Source of the DNA: Octopus sinensis
Taxonomy: Eukaryota
Assembly: GCF_006345805.1 (NCBI RefSeq)
Contig: NC_043004.1
Span: 103,912,001-103,976,000 of the forward strand
DNA: 64,000 nt
Direction of reading: 5' to 3'
Positions within the stretch are counted from its first letter, which is position 1. Every line of letters begins with the position of its first letter. A program made the position numbers and the translations under genes. Of the stretch, positions 1 to 13,800 are shown one piece after another. The notes under the pieces are model-generated. The model saw only the letters and a program-made list of their open reading frames with translations, did no database searches and had not been told where the DNA came from.

Positions 1-564
1 AGGACACATGGAAGTTTTGAAGGATGTAGTGTCTCGACAGCTAACAACTGATGCGGGTGGTTTATTCCATGCTTCTGCAATTCTGAGCATGAAAAATTGT
101 TTCCGAAAGTCATGGGTGCTGTGTTGTTTTTTGATTTTATAAGCATGTCCGTGAATGTTTGTCATATGGAATTCAAAAAGGTACCCAAGGTTGCTGTTGA
201 AAATATGGTGGATAATCTTGTGGGTGTCAATCAAGTCAGTTGCCAGACGTCGGGGTTTCAATGTATCCATGCCCAGGAATGCAAGACGTTCAGAGTATGG
301 TAGATGTCTGACGGTGGGTATTTGCTTTGTTGCACATTTCTGAACAGTTTCCAGGAGATTTATATGCTGAGAAAGAGAGGGGTTCCAGATTGGTGATGCA
401 AATTCCAAGTGTGGACATACCATTGTTGTATACAATTTTAAATAGATAACTGGAAAGTGGCTGACAAAGGTCTTACTGGGTGATGCTAGTAACACCTCAG
501 CCTTTTTGACAATCTTAGATATATGGTTTGTCCAATGAAGATTGTTGTTTACAATAATACCCAG
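1..564 (-). mobile_element. CR1/L2-group LINE, 3' part of the RT ORF (runs off the window edge)
   Basis: Manual minus-strand translation is one open frame: LGIIVNNNLHWTNHISKIVKKA...LKLYTTMVCPHLEFASPIWNP...LLETVQKCATKQIP...LPYSERLAFLG...GHAYKI...FFMLRIAEAWNK. This matches the CR1-type post-RT motifs (LGI..D..L.W..HI; RPHLEYASPIWNP; LE.VQRRAT; Y.ERL..LG; RGH..K; W.N.LP). Confidence 0.88.
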
Positions 565-1084
565 AATATGTCCACCAGAAGTTCTTGGAACTTTCCATGA
601 AAATTTTAGACGTGTAAGACGTGAGAGAAACAGGCCTGTAATTTTTAGCTTCAGCACTGCGACCTCCTTTGTACCTATAAAAAAAAGTACCTCTGAAGTG
701 ATCTTCGTGGTTAACCGCGTCAGGATGACGGTAGGTAATGCTTTTAATATCATTTCCTTTTTATATAAATTAGTCTGAAATTGTCGAATACATTTCTTTG
801 CAAATTAGGTAATTTCGGGGTTGGTCTGCAATCATTTATAGTTAAATGTTTCCTTTCAAAATCTTTTTTTTTATTAAACTGGACTAGTATTTCGAATGAG
901 CAATAAGTATCAAAGCATTTAAACAATGAGCATTAAATATCAAAGATAAAAATAAATCATTTTGTTCCCTTGTCAAACTTTAGACCTAACAACCTAAATG
1001 AGAAAACCGATATGACTGAAAGAATTTTTAAACGGCACGCTTCCTGAAAAACGGTTACCCATGTTCGATCTAGCGATTCTATCA

Positions 1085-1090
1085 GATGAC

Positions 1091-1132
<42 letters not shown>

Positions 1133-1279
1133 ATGATGATGATGATGATGACGATGATGATGACGATGATGATGACGATGACGATGATGGCGGAGACGAC
1201 GACGAGGAAAATGATGATGATGATGATGACGATGATGATGATGCGATGGCGATGATGATGATGATGATGATGATGGTGC

Positions 1280-1310
<31 letters not shown>

Positions 1311-1612
1311 GATGATGATGGTGATGATGATGGTGATGATAGTGATGATGATGATGATGATAATGATGATGATGTGATGATGATGGTGATGATGAGGATA
1401 ATGATGATGATGACGATGACGATGACGGCGACGACGACGACGATGACGACGACGATGATGATGATGATGATGATGATGATGATAATGATGACGACGGCGA
1501 CGATGATGATGAAGGTGATGATGGTATCGTGGATGCTGCTGCTGCTGCAGATGATGATGACGACGACGGCGATGATGATGTCAATGACGATGATTGTGGT
1601 GGTGGTGGTGTG
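1085..1612. repeat. Compound (GAT)n/(GAC)n/(GGT)n microsatellite
   Basis: Read directly; it explains the poly-M/D/H/S ORFs at 994-1713. Confidence 0.95.
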
Positions 1613-2094
1613 GGAGGGTCGTGATTGTTTCTGTTATTTACCAACGAGAATGGCCGTTGACAAGAATAATAAAATGGCATGAACAAAAAGATGGTTTCGG
1701 CATTCCCAGTCAAAACACTCCCTACCTTAGCTGGCAGGTGTTACTTTCAAGATAAACACGAAAGTGTGTGTGTGTCTGTATGTCTGCATATCTGCCTGTC
1801 TGCATGTGGTTCTGTCTGTCTGTCTGTCTGTCTGTCGGTTTGTCTTTCTGTTTTTCTAACTTTCTTAACTTTATCTATATTCCATGATTATTATACGATG
1901 ATACAGAAAAGGAAAAATAAAGGAAGAAAGTAAGGAACTAAAGCCCCCACCCCTCCACACATGTATACACCAAAAAAAAAATAAGAAAAGAAAAAAAACA
2001 GACGATAAAAATACGCAGAAGAAGAACAAGATGAACCGACACGGGTCGAAGATAGCGAATTCAAACACTGGATAATGTTTACATAAATACATGA

Positions 2095-2220
2095 ATAAAT
2101 AATAATAATAATAATAAAATAATAATAATAATAATAATAATAATATAATAATAATATAATGATAATAATAATAATAATGATAATAATAATAATAATATAA
2201 TAATAATAATAATAATAATA

Positions 2221-2274
<54 letters not shown>

Positions 2275-2305
2275 TAATAATAATAATAATAATAATGATA
2301 ATAAT
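2095..2305. repeat. (AAT)n microsatellite
   Basis: Read directly. Confidence 0.95.
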
Positions 2306-2579
2306 AAATGAAATGCGAGAATATAATCATAGTTGATAAACAAGGAAAAAGGGGTCTAGAATATGGCCGAGCTCTCATCTTTGGAAAATCTTTGGCAGCA
2401 GGAGTGAGCTTGATTCTACAACGGTGCTCCGTGTCGTTTCAAAGTCGATCTCTCATCTCAGCCATGTTGAATATACTTTAATTTTTACCGGATATCATTT
2501 CACTGAATATTGTGTCTTTATGTATGAAATGCATGTAGAAAACGTATATAAGTATATAAACATTATTATTGGTTTGCGT

Positions 2580-2628
2580 ATGCATACATACATATATATA
2601 TATATATCCATGTGTATGTGAGTATGCA

Positions 2629-2714
<86 letters not shown>

Positions 2715-2762
2715 CTATCTATCTATCTATCAATCTATTTATCTATCTATCTATCAATCTAT

Positions 2763-2807
<45 letters not shown>

Positions 2808-2862
2808 AATATATCTATCTATCTATCTATCTATCTATATATCTATCTATCTATCTAATCTA

Positions 2863-2948
<86 letters not shown>

Positions 2949-3085
2949 CACTTATTTGTTCCCCTCACTCTCACACTATATATATATATATGTATGTAAT
3001 ATCACATACGCACGTATAGTTATATATACATACATACATACGTACATACATACATACATACATACATACATACATACATACATAA
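2580..3085. repeat. Compound (TATC)n, (TA)n and (TACA)n microsatellites
   Basis: Read directly. Confidence 0.95.
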
Positions 3086-3237
3086 CTTAGGTAAATAATA
3101 TTTACACATATTTAAGCGTGCATTTACAAACACTCATGTGGCGTAACAGTAAATGTATTTCTGTGTCTGTGTATATATCTATATTTATATGTGTAGGCGG
3201 GGAGAGCCTATGTGTTCTTCTATGTATGTACGTATGA

Positions 3238-3292
<55 letters not shown>

Positions 3293-3663
3293 CAAACACG
3301 TTTATACATATACTTTTACGTATGTTTTTCGATTTGTCAAATGGTTTGCAAATTAGTGTTGAATGGTCTTTATTTTTGAGAGAGAGAGAGAGAGAAAGAG
3401 GAAGAAAGGAAACAGAAAGATAAGAAAAGAAATGCAAGTGGGAGTAATGAGAGAGAGAGAGAGAGTAACAGACTAACACACAGAGAAAGAAAGAAAAAGA
3501 GCGGGGGTGGGGGGAAACTGGCAGGCAGACAAACAGGCAGACAGCCAGCCTGGCAGGTAGACAAGAAACAGTCAGACAAAAGAGGAAGATTTGGTGATTA
3601 TGTCAAGAAACAATAAAGTAAACGAAATACATTCTTTACCTCTCGATGAAAGATGTTTTATGT

Positions 3664-3727
<64 letters not shown>

Positions 3728-3934
3728 CAATAATAACAATAACAATAGCAACAACAGAGTGGGATCGGTGCGGAATAGCTTATCCTATTAGCTTCATTCT
3801 CTTCTCAAAGTTCTGTCGACGAACGTTAACAAACGAACCATACATTTTTTTTATATCCAGACGGTCACGTGATGCATGCTGAGAAACAAAATGGTGGACT
3901 TCAGGTGTATGTTTGTTTGTGAGTATGTGTGTAC

Positions 3935-3988
<54 letters not shown>

Positions 3989-4206
3989 ATATATTATGTA
4001 TATATATATGTATGTATGTATGTATGCATGTATGTATGTATTTATATATGTATGTATGTCTGTATGTATGTATGTATCTATCTATATCTACAAAGCTGAA
4101 TACACACATATATGACGTCACCATATATATATATACATATATATGTATATATATGTGTGTGTGTATGTATATATATACATATATATATATATATATGTAT
4201 ATATAT

Positions 4207-4248
<42 letters not shown>

Positions 4249-5111
4249 GTATGTATATATGTATGTATACTATCTGTACTTATCAATCTATTTACACACA
4301 CACACACACACATGCATACATATAAAATAACAACAATAACAAACAAACAGCAACAATAAATAGGAATATTATTATTATCAGACCTGCTTCTCTTTATCAA
4401 GCTACATTGGGAAATACACACACACACACGGACACACAGCGACATGCGCGCGCACACAAATGAAGCAAAAAAAAAGGCAAAGAAAGGAAAAAAACCCACC
4501 CTCATTCCGAAGACTCATTCATCCTGATATGAAATTGCTTGAATGAATCTATGAATGGTCTGAATTGTAGTCCCCATCACTAATTCTTACTGAACCCTTT
4601 ATAAGCTTCTCTTGATCCGTTAGGGGTCTCATAGGGAGTGTTGTAAAAAAACATCCACCGCCACCACCACCACCACCACCATCATCACCAACTCTGCAGA
4701 AATATCGATAAAAAAAAAATGGTGGAATACTGGACAATCGCTAGTTTGTTTAACACTCCAATATAAAGCGGAGTGAGTTTTGGGGTTTTTTTTTTTATTT
4801 CGGTTGGCTGCTATTTTTTTATATTCTCCATTTGTTTTTTTTTTTGTATGCCCAGCTGTCATATTGTTCGCTTCACTTTATTACAGTTACCACAAACACA
4901 CCTCATCCATCACCTAATACACAGAACAACCATTACGATCGTTTGGTCCAGAGTTTCGCCTTAACATCTACAACCATAATTACAACCACTATTGCTTCTA
5001 TCAGACTATTTCGAAGTTGTTTGTTATCATTTTCGTTAGTTGTTACTTGTGGCTATGTTGCCATTCGGCCATGCATCCATGCGGCTATGCACCCATGCGG
5101 CCATGCGGCCA

Positions 5112-5295
5112 TGTGCCCATGCTAGGGCATTGCTTTGAAGGACTTTTACCCGAACAAATCGCTCCCAGTACTTTTTCTTTTCAAATTCTGGTACTTATTT
5201 TATCGGTCTTTTTTGTCTAATCGCTATGGTTACGGCGACATACATAAACCAAAACCGGTTATGAAGCGATGGTAGGGGACAAACATAATCACAAA
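5112..5295 (-). mobile_element. SINE family B, degenerate 3' half
   Basis: Reverse complement aligns by eye to the 3' half of the full copies at 34123-34624 and 47431-47809. Confidence 0.6.
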
Positions 5296-5373
5296 CATGC
5301 ACACAGAAACACAGACACACACACACACGTATATATATATATAGATATGCAATTGTATGCGTATACACACACG

Positions 5374-5454
<81 letters not shown>

Positions 5455-5457
5455 CTC

Positions 5458-5536
<79 letters not shown>

Positions 5537-5840
5537 TATATATTAATATTCTAAGTCTCACTAAAGGAGACTATGGCAGAGGTACTGGATATTAATAGTT
5601 ATCGCCTAGCTAATATGGCAGTCCAGAAATATAGGACGAATGCTACCGTTGATTAGCTCCAAGAAGCCATCGCCTCTAGCTAGCTATGTGACACACGAAC
5701 GTGTGTCCATTATAACCTTCGAACAGGGGAGGTCAGTCGCTTCCCCTTGCTGGTCAGGCATCTGCAGACTAGTTTCAAGATATTTACCCCTTATGTATAT
5801 ATATATACGCACACACACAGTCCGCCAAAAACATTGTATA

Positions 5841-7054
5841 CACACTTCAAGAAGAGAAAAGCGTGTAGAAATATTCTAATACTAAATTTATTCAGATATC
5901 GTAGGATTAATGTAAATTACTTCTAACCTCTATAATTACAAATGTTGCTTAAAGTGGTGGTCATTAGCTTCTGGACACTTATTAGTAGGGTGACCACTGC
6001 TTGGGCAACGCTGGCCAATGTGTCCAGAGGGACTGTTGCCACATTCTTTTTCAGTTTCTTTCCGAGGGGCCATCAGTGTTGCCAGTTTTCTGTGATATAC
6101 GACGTCCTTTACGGTACCCCCTAACTAAAAGTCTGCAGGTGTTAAAGCAGAACAACGTGCGGGGAACTCAACTGCATCCTCTTCATCCTATCCAGTGTCT
6201 TTGCAAATTCTCATCCCGGTATGCTCGCACGTCTCGGCAGTAGTGTGGCGGTGCACCGGCTGAAAGAAAAATCCACCATTTCAATAAAGTGCATGCATGG
6301 CAGATGAAATGGACGTGCGAATTATGTATAGGTACGCTTGACCAATAGCAATAGCCTCATAGAAAAATGGCCCTGTTAAACTTCTTGACAATACCCTACA
6401 CCAGACATTGAACCCCGATATAGTAACTGCTTTGTCCACATGCAAGGATTTTATGATACCCAGTAAACATAATTATGTCGAACTAAAATTGTGCTCCATC
6501 ATCGCACGCAATCGTCCGTGCAAACTTTTCCTCCTCACTTACCATGTGCTGAACCCATTCACAAAACTCGATTCTTCGATAAGAATCGTCGTCGTAAGTT
6601 ACTTGTAATAATCTTGATGTATAAACTTTCCTCTTTTAAGCTCTTTTAATAATGTGCCGAATGCTTGTACTGCTTCTTCTAGTCTCGCGGTCAAATTGTG
6701 CAGCAGACTTCCATGGCGAGTGTGTGAAACGTTTCAACAGCACAGCCGAAGAAGCAGCAGTTAGTGTACAAGGCCTGCTGGATTTCCCCTTCTGCACACC
6801 ATACACAGTCACATGCGTTTCGAACTTGTCACGAATCCGAGAAATTGTCAGGTCATTAAAAAAAAAAGAACAAAAAGGTTAAAGGTAACTTTGTATTATA
6901 TTAATCTAATAAATGTCTGGAAGCGAATGACCACCACTTCGAGCACCGCTTGCAACTGTAGAGGTTAAAGGTAGCTTGTATTAATCCAGCGAGTTCTGAA
7001 TAAATTTAGTATTAACATATTTCTACACGTCCTTCTTTTCCCCTGAAGGACGTG
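5841..7054 (-). mobile_element. Fossil Tc1/mariner DNA transposon, DD41D (rosa-like), with ~150-bp TIRs and TA target duplication
   Basis: 5841-~5990 and ~6905-7054 are inverted repeats (aatactaaatttattcaga...gtggtggtcatt.gcttc..gacac/ttattag) flanked by TA at 5839-40 and 7055-56. The minus strand of ~5985-6858 reads TISRIRDKFET...RRIEFCEW...DDGAQF...FNVWCRVLSRSLTGPFFYE...AGAPPHYCRDVRAY...HWIG...FPARCSALTPADF with stops and frameshifts. After correcting frameshifts there are 41 residues between the 2nd and 3rd catalytic positions. Confidence 0.85.
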
Positions 7055-7148
7055 TATATATATTTGTGTGTGTGTGTGTGTTAAATAAAATGCGACAGCA
7101 AAGCCAAGGCTGTGTTGAACTTTCAGGATATCTATAAAGAGAAAGTTA

Positions 7149-7196
7149 GTCTTACAGCTGTTTCTAGAATATTAGGGATATCCCTTCATCAGAGAC
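7149..7196 (-). ncRNA. Minimal type I hammerhead ribozyme motif (Penelope-type)
   Basis: Minus strand: gtct-CTGATGA-agggat/atccct..-GAAA-cagctg-TA-agac. Stem I gtct/agac, intact core, palindromic stem III. A related copy is at 49959-50014. Confidence 0.7.
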
Positions 7197-8137
7197 GATG
7201 TGAGATGATTAAATAGAGGGAAATAGTAGAATTCATTATAAGGAGTTATTCTGGAAAAGAATGGAAATAAGAATTATAAAGGGAAATGAGAGAGCAAAAA
7301 TGAAAGTAAAAATTTATGTAAGATGTTATAGTTGCAGTTCCATTATCCAAGGAAAGTGGTGTGTAGAATGGGTAGAAATGCTTCCTGTCCAGGGTCATAT
7401 TTTGTCATCACAAATGGAAAGTGTGGAGACGTAGATTCCATGTGCTGTTCAGTCAAAGGTTCTTGTGGTGTGAATGAAGTTTTGAGAATGTAGTGGTAGT
7501 ATTAAATAGATAGAGAGGAGAGAAAAGGTGTGTGTGCTAAAATGAGGGCCCAGATGTCCGTAGATCAAAAACTACGCTCAACGAAGATATGGTTACTATT
7601 TTTGATATTTATACATCGCAACAGAGTTTCATAAAAACATACCTGCTTTACACAGGTATAAGGTATTGAAAATTTATACAGAGTCAAGGACTTACCAACT
7701 AACTAGGATACCCGAGGAGTCTAGTGAGCAGAGACGATGACAACAAACAAAACCTTATAGGATGGGACACGTATCCGGTCTCTAAAAGGTGTAGGGAAGT
7801 GTAGGGCAATTTATTGTTTAATTCTACATCGTATTCTTCTATTCGGTTACAAGCAGCATAGATAAAACTTTTGAGAAAGTAATTAAGTAATTAAACAATG
7901 TAACTTCTAAATTAGAGGATTTCTATCTGGAGCATTTTGACATCTTGGAAAATGTAAACAAATTATAACTTTTAGCAGTCAGGTACTGAAACGACAATAA
8001 CAGACAAGCTGGAACTGTACAAAAGTTTCTGCATTTCACACAAATCAACTGAGGAATAATAACCTATAGAGATAATGGTAAATTCACACGTCGACCCATT
8101 AACCATCAATGATGACTTTTAAATTTATGAGCTCCAA

Positions 8138-8307
8138 GACGTGGTTGTGTGGTAAGATGTTCGCTTTCCAACCATATGGTATCACGTTCAGTCCCCCTAC
8201 GTGGAACCTTGGACAAGTGTCTTCTACTATAGCCCTGAGCCGACCGAGTGGATTTGATAAACGGAAACTTAAAGAATCCCCTGTATGTTCCTCTGTGTGT
8301 GGTGTGT

Positions 8308-8353
<46 letters not shown>

Positions 8354-8805
8354 TGTGCGTGTTTGTCTTTGTTCCCTACCACCGCTTAACAACCTATTTC
8401 TTTATTACCCACAAGGGGCTAAACACAGAGGGGACAAACAAGGACAGACATAGATATTAAGTCGATTACATCGACCCCAGTGCGTAACTGGTACTTAATT
8501 TATCGACCCCGAAAGGATGAAAGGCAAAGTTGACCTCGGCGGAATTTGAACTCACAACGTAACGTCAGACGAAATACAGCTACGCATTTTGCCCGGCGTG
8601 CTTACGTTTCTGCCAGCTCACCGCCTAACACCAGTGTTAGCTTGCTTACGTCTCGTATCGTAGTGGTTCGATAAAAAAACCGGTAGAATATGTACCAGAC
8701 TTTAAAAGTAAGTACTGGGGTCCATTCGTTCGATTAAATTCTTTCAAAGTGCTACCCCAGCATAGTCGCAGTCCAATGACTGAAACATGTAATAGATAAA
8801 AGATA
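8138..8805 (+). mobile_element. SINE family B (tRNA-like head, CORE-like ccttgggcaagtgtctt box, internal (TG)n) interrupted by a family A SINE
   Basis: Head 8138-8285 and 3' half 8627-8805 align with full B copies. Confidence 0.8.
8394..8626 (-). mobile_element. SINE family A1, full length, nested in SINE B
   Basis: Reverse complement of ggcggcgagctggcagaaacg (A box)...gagttcaaattcc (B box)...gcctttcatcctttcggggtcgataaattaagtacc (MetaSINE-like domain)...gtaaagaaatagg. Confidence 0.9.
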
Positions 8806-8838
8806 TCCACATTATACCATGTATTTTTTCACTGAAGC

Positions 8839-8935
8839 CATTGGCTACATATAAATGACCAATAGAACATTGGTTACATAAGATGGCCTACAGAACATTG
8901 GCTACATATAGATGGCCTATAGATCATAGGCCACT
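8839..8935. repeat. 28-29-bp minisatellite, about 3.3 copies
   Basis: cattggctacatataaatgaccaatagaa / cattggttacataagatggcctacagaa / cattggctacatatagatggcctatagat. Confidence 0.85.
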
Positions 8936-9249
8936 GATGACTGTTCTCCATTTTTCTCAGCTCTGAAAGTCGAAGTTGACTTTGGTTTGAGAATAAAAAT
9001 TCAACCATTTAAATGCAAGACAATAACACTTTTAAAGTACATGTAAGCAAAGAACATCAAAAAATGGTGAAAGAAAAATACATTATGAAATTACTTTTAA
9101 GTTCTTCACTCCCTACGGAGTATAGGCCAAGTATTGAGAGAATGCTGTGTTGCTATTTCTAGCAAATTGAATGCTTTCTCAATAGCCTAAAACCCATTTG
9201 TTGAAAACAGAAGCAGCTCCCTGAACTTCATCCACTCCTTCCCTTGTCT

Positions 9250-9638
9250 TATTTCTTTATTGTCCACAAGTTGCAAAACATAGAGGGGACAAACAAGGAC
9301 AGGCAAAGGGATTAAGTCGATTACATCGACCCAGTGCGTAACTGGTATTTAATTTATCGACCCCAAAAGGATGAAAGGCAAAGTCGACCTTGGCGGAATT
9401 TGAACTCAGAACGTAACGGCAGACGAAATACCTATTTCTTTACTACCCACAAGGGGCTAAACACAAAGAGGACAAACAAGGACAAACAGATTTAGTCGAT
9501 TACATCGACCTCAGTGCGTAACTGGTACTTATTTAATCGACCCCGAAAGAAGGAATTTGAACTCAGAACGTAACGGCAGACGAATTACCTCTAGACATTT
9601 CGCCCGGCGCGCTAACGTTTCTGCCAGCTCGCAGCCTT
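9250..9638 (-). mobile_element. Two tandem family A1 SINE units
   Basis: Two consecutive reverse-complement A1 bodies joined at gaaatac/ctatttc; a single head at ~9635. Confidence 0.85.
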
Positions 9639-9779
9639 CTCCTTCCTTTGTGTTATTCTAGCAGCAATGCTCTTGTTACAGTTGTCTGTTCTCAACTCTG
9701 AAATATCTTTCTTTGCTTCTCTCCTCTCTCAACTCTTGGATTTTGATTTGTCATTGCCGCTTCTCTAACTTTGTTTTTT

Positions 9780-9985
9780 TTTCTTTTCTAGGCAGGGGTA
9801 TTGGCCCTATGCAAACCCATTTTCACCATTTCGGAAGAGTTGTTCCGCATTATTCTAGCCTCTGTCCTTCAACCTGTCTTACATGGGAGGACCTACCCGT
9901 AGCTTGTGCTCCACTAGCATAGCCCTCTGTGCTATTGAGGCACACAAGCCAACACAGCACAACAAGGACAGGACCATATGGTGGA
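9780..9985 (-). mobile_element. Probable 5' UTR fragment of an RTE-type LINE
   Basis: The minus strand (agagggctatgctagtggagc...ggtaggtcctcccatgtaagacaggtt...ggtttgcatagggccaatacccctgcc) resembles RTE 5' UTRs as I recall them; no coding sequence is visible. Confidence 0.35.
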
Positions 9986-10334
9986 TGTTTCTCTAGAACT
10001 TACCAATAATTAATGAAGTAGCGAAATTATCTTTTAGTTGACTCAAATACAAACAAATCGGAATTTCGTTCTTCAAAGGACAATGCGACAATAACAACTG
10101 GGTAGATTACGATAAAATAATAGAATGAAAACTGGACGAAAGAAGTTGTAATTACTGCATATACCATTCATAATGTCGAATCAGCCCTCGGCACTACTTG
10201 ATCAGTCGGTAGAATGCATGCATTTCGGAGGGTTATCTCCTCTTCAGTCACATAAACCGGACTGGGAGGCGCTGCGAGCTGACACAAGCAACAGTATATC
10301 TCATGATATTCACACACACGCACACGCATCACGT

Positions 10335-10490
10335 GCTTCCACACAATTTCCGTCTAGGAAATTTTCTCTCACAAGGCATTGGTCGGCCCGGAGCTATAGC
10401 TGAAGACACTTGCCTAAGGCACAGCACAGTGGAGCTGAACCCGGTACCATGTAGTTGCAAAACGAGATTCTTAACCACACAACCACGTCC
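10335..10490 (-). mobile_element. SINE family B variant, head only
   Basis: Contains cacaagg..ttggtcggcccgg.gctatag..gaagacacttgcc and ends at accacacaaccacgtcc. Confidence 0.7.
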
Positions 10491-10942
10491 ATATTTTTTT
10501 CCACTCGTAATAAATAACTGATAATGCTGTTTTCGTTGTTGTTAATGTTTTTGTTTTTGTAGTTATTGATGTTGTTGTTGTCGTCGTTCTTGGCGTTGTT
10601 TCATTTGACATTACAGTGGTATTTAATATCAAGGGTTCTCTCTCTCTCCATCCAGACAGATGACTTGGCGTACAAATATGCCCCGAGATTTCGAGCCTGC
10701 GTCCTTACGGACGCGATCTGGCCAGAGTCACTCAAGTGTGGACTATAAAACCGACGCACACCCTCTTCTCCCCCCTCCTAACCCTCCTTCCAACCCCCAT
10801 CCGCCACATTCTTCACTCATCATATATATTAAACATAACGCTTATTCCACTCACACCTACCAAAAAATTCAAAAATGAGGTCACTATACACTACTGTCCA
10901 TTTCTTTACGGTTCACCGGATCATCAAATATATATGCAGTGT

Positions 10943-10980
<38 letters not shown>

Positions 10981-11619
10981 TGTTGTGGATTGATGGTGGA
11001 GAGGGTAGCTGCCTTGGGTGGGTAGATAAGGTGTCAATATTCTTAGCCGAGTTATTTTTTTAGTTCTGGGTTCGTGTCACATCATTAACGCTGATCTGTG
11101 TCCTGTCAAATACAATCCATCTCATTCCTACCTCCCATTACCTGACAGCAGAATTCATGGAGGGCGTGGTAATGTATTGGCATGGTACAACTCCCTGGTC
11201 AGCTCTGATTAATCATGTGTATTATCAAAATCGTTCCACTCACGCCCATCACGTTATGCATTTCTTTTTTATCCTGACTTAGTATATCTAGAAACACATT
11301 AAGAATATGCTATGACCTGGTAGTTACTTGTTAGGGCGTTTGATACAGTGTCTTGCGGCAATGCTTCTCAAATTTTTGAAAGGGACATGTCTCCGGGATT
11401 AAGAAGCTTGCGTGGCACCTATTGGGTTTCGGGTTCAGTCCCACTGTGCGGCACTATAGCCACAGAACAACCAATGCGTGAAGAGTGAATTTGGTAGACG
11501 GAGAACGTGTGGAAACCGCTCGTATATATATATATGTATATATATATAGTATATATATGTGTGTGTTTGTGTGTGTATATATATATATATAAAGAGAGAG
11601 AGAGAGAGAGAGAGTTCGC

Positions 11620-11790
11620 TAGCCACTACACATTCTTTATTTTTTCTCCTTGTTTCTTTCTGTGTTCCTTTCTGTGGAAGAGCGTAGGCTCGAAACGTTA
11701 AAGAATTTTTCACTTCCCGAGCGTTATACTAATACATCTGTTTGTTGTCTAACACCACTGTCTTCGTCTTTTTTTTTTTGTGAATTCTAC
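11620..11790 (+). mobile_element. Short Penelope-like-derived element containing a hammerhead motif at 11668-11703
   Basis: cttt-CTGtgGA-agagc gtag gctc-GAAA-cg-TT-aaag, followed by cccgagcgttatactaatac...cttcgtcttttt. The same family occurs at 12480-12620, 15420-15495, 46362-46425, 49060-49152 and 49680-49830. Confidence 0.6.
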
Positions 11791-11850
11791 TTATGTGTGT
11801 GTGTGTGGAAAAATAGTACGTGAATACCAAAGGTAGGAATATATACTATA

Positions 11851-11891
<41 letters not shown>

Positions 11892-11942
11892 CACATACAT
11901 ACGTACATACATACATAGATTATAATACACACACACACAGAC

Positions 11943-11975
<33 letters not shown>

Positions 11976-12334
11976 CATATATATACACACACACACGCGC
12001 GCAAACGTACTTACATACTCACATGTATACTTGTGTGTGTGTTAAAACAAGGGCTGGAAAATTTGGTATATTTTTAATTCCGTGTTACGAATGCTTCATT
12101 ACGGGATAGGAGTTACGTAATACATACATGGAGAAAACATGGATGGGATTTCCTATGCAAACTTCATCACATAAAGATTTTAAAGAAGAAAAAAAACATA
12201 CAAAATTACATTGGATGAAACAGCAACTTGTAGTCTAAGGATTAATCAGGAGTGTATTGAGAGATATAGAGGGATAAAAAGGGATTGGGAAGAGGAAAAA
12301 ATAGTAATAAAAACAGAGAAACAGAGAGAATACG

Positions 12335-12366
<32 letters not shown>

Positions 12367-12379
12367 CACATACTCACAC

Positions 12380-12410
<31 letters not shown>

Positions 12411-12411
12411 G

Positions 12412-12442
<31 letters not shown>

Positions 12443-12545
12443 TAATCCAAACAAGTAAACAAAAACAAAAAAAACAACAACGCAAGGACGTGGAACAAAT
12501 AAAGTATTATTGGACGCTCAGGAAAGAAGGAAAGAAGGAAGGGGG

Positions 12546-12579
12546 GTTGACGTTTCAAGCGGAGCTCTTCGTCGGAAAC
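12546..12579 (-). ncRNA. Degenerate minimal hammerhead motif
   Basis: Minus strand: gttt-CCGACGA-agagc tccg ctt-GAAA-cg-TC-aac. U4C core variant, weak stem I. Confidence 0.45.
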
Positions 12580-12671
12580 ATAGGAGAAGGAAAGATCCCG
12601 AGAAGGGAAGACAGGGGGGAAAATCGCTAGTGATACAGACGAGGTCACATATACACACCACATACGCATAC

Positions 12672-12749
<78 letters not shown>

Positions 12750-13039
12750 AACACATACGCACACACAGATATATATATGTGTATATATAATTTTCCAATC
12801 ACCTCTTTTCCGAATGTCCTAAAGAAGGAGTCTTCACCCAGAAATACAGAAATATAAAGTAAAATTGCAATTTGGTTCTGTTTTCTTTTCAATTTGTAGT
12901 TTATTTTGCACCTTCTCGCAGGTTCAGCCCCACTGCGTGGCACCTTGGGTAAGTATCTTCTACTATAGCCTCGGGCCCACCAAAGCCTCATGAGTGGATT
13001 TGGTAGACGGAAACTGAAAGAAGTCCGTCGTTATATAGT

Positions 13040-13082
<43 letters not shown>

Positions 13083-13087
<5 letters not shown>

Positions 13088-13800
13088 TTGATCAGTTAGC
13101 TGATCGGCTTAAGCGAAGCAGGGTCGTTGTTTATTTATAGTATATTCAGGCCTGATGATTACGTAAGTATGAAATCACTGTGATACAGGTCTATATATTT
13201 TAAATCTTCTTTGAAAAATTGCATTCGGTGGGATTAGTAATATTTTTGGTAGAAATGACTGATTGTCCCTCTTAGCGTATGGCGTGTATGTAGAATGCCT
13301 CCTGGCATGTATGTATAATGCCCTCTATATATAAATTAATATGTTCAATAAGAAATAATTATTTTCGAAATTTTTTCTCTTATGAGGTTTTTACGCTATC
13401 TACCTGACAATTTTGTTAAGTTTCCTTATTAAGTAGTTGTCCTTAATTGCTAAATTTTTTATTCCGAAAAACTTTTCCTCTCCCGAAATGCAATTCGTAA
13501 AAGTTTGCCATTTCCGATATAGTATAGATATATAAACCAACCCATGTGCTTCGTTGATGTTGATCAGTTAGCTGATCGGCTTAAGCGAAGCAGGGTCGTT
13601 GTTTATTATAGTATATTCAGGCCTGCTGATGATTACGTAAGTATGAAATCACTGTGATACAGGTCTATATATTTTAAATGTCTTTCTTTGAAAAATTGCA
13701 TTCGGTGGGATTAGTAATATTTTTGGTAGAATGACTGATTGTCCTCTTAGCGTATGGCGTGTATGTAGAATGCCTCCTGGCATGTATGTATAATGCCCTC

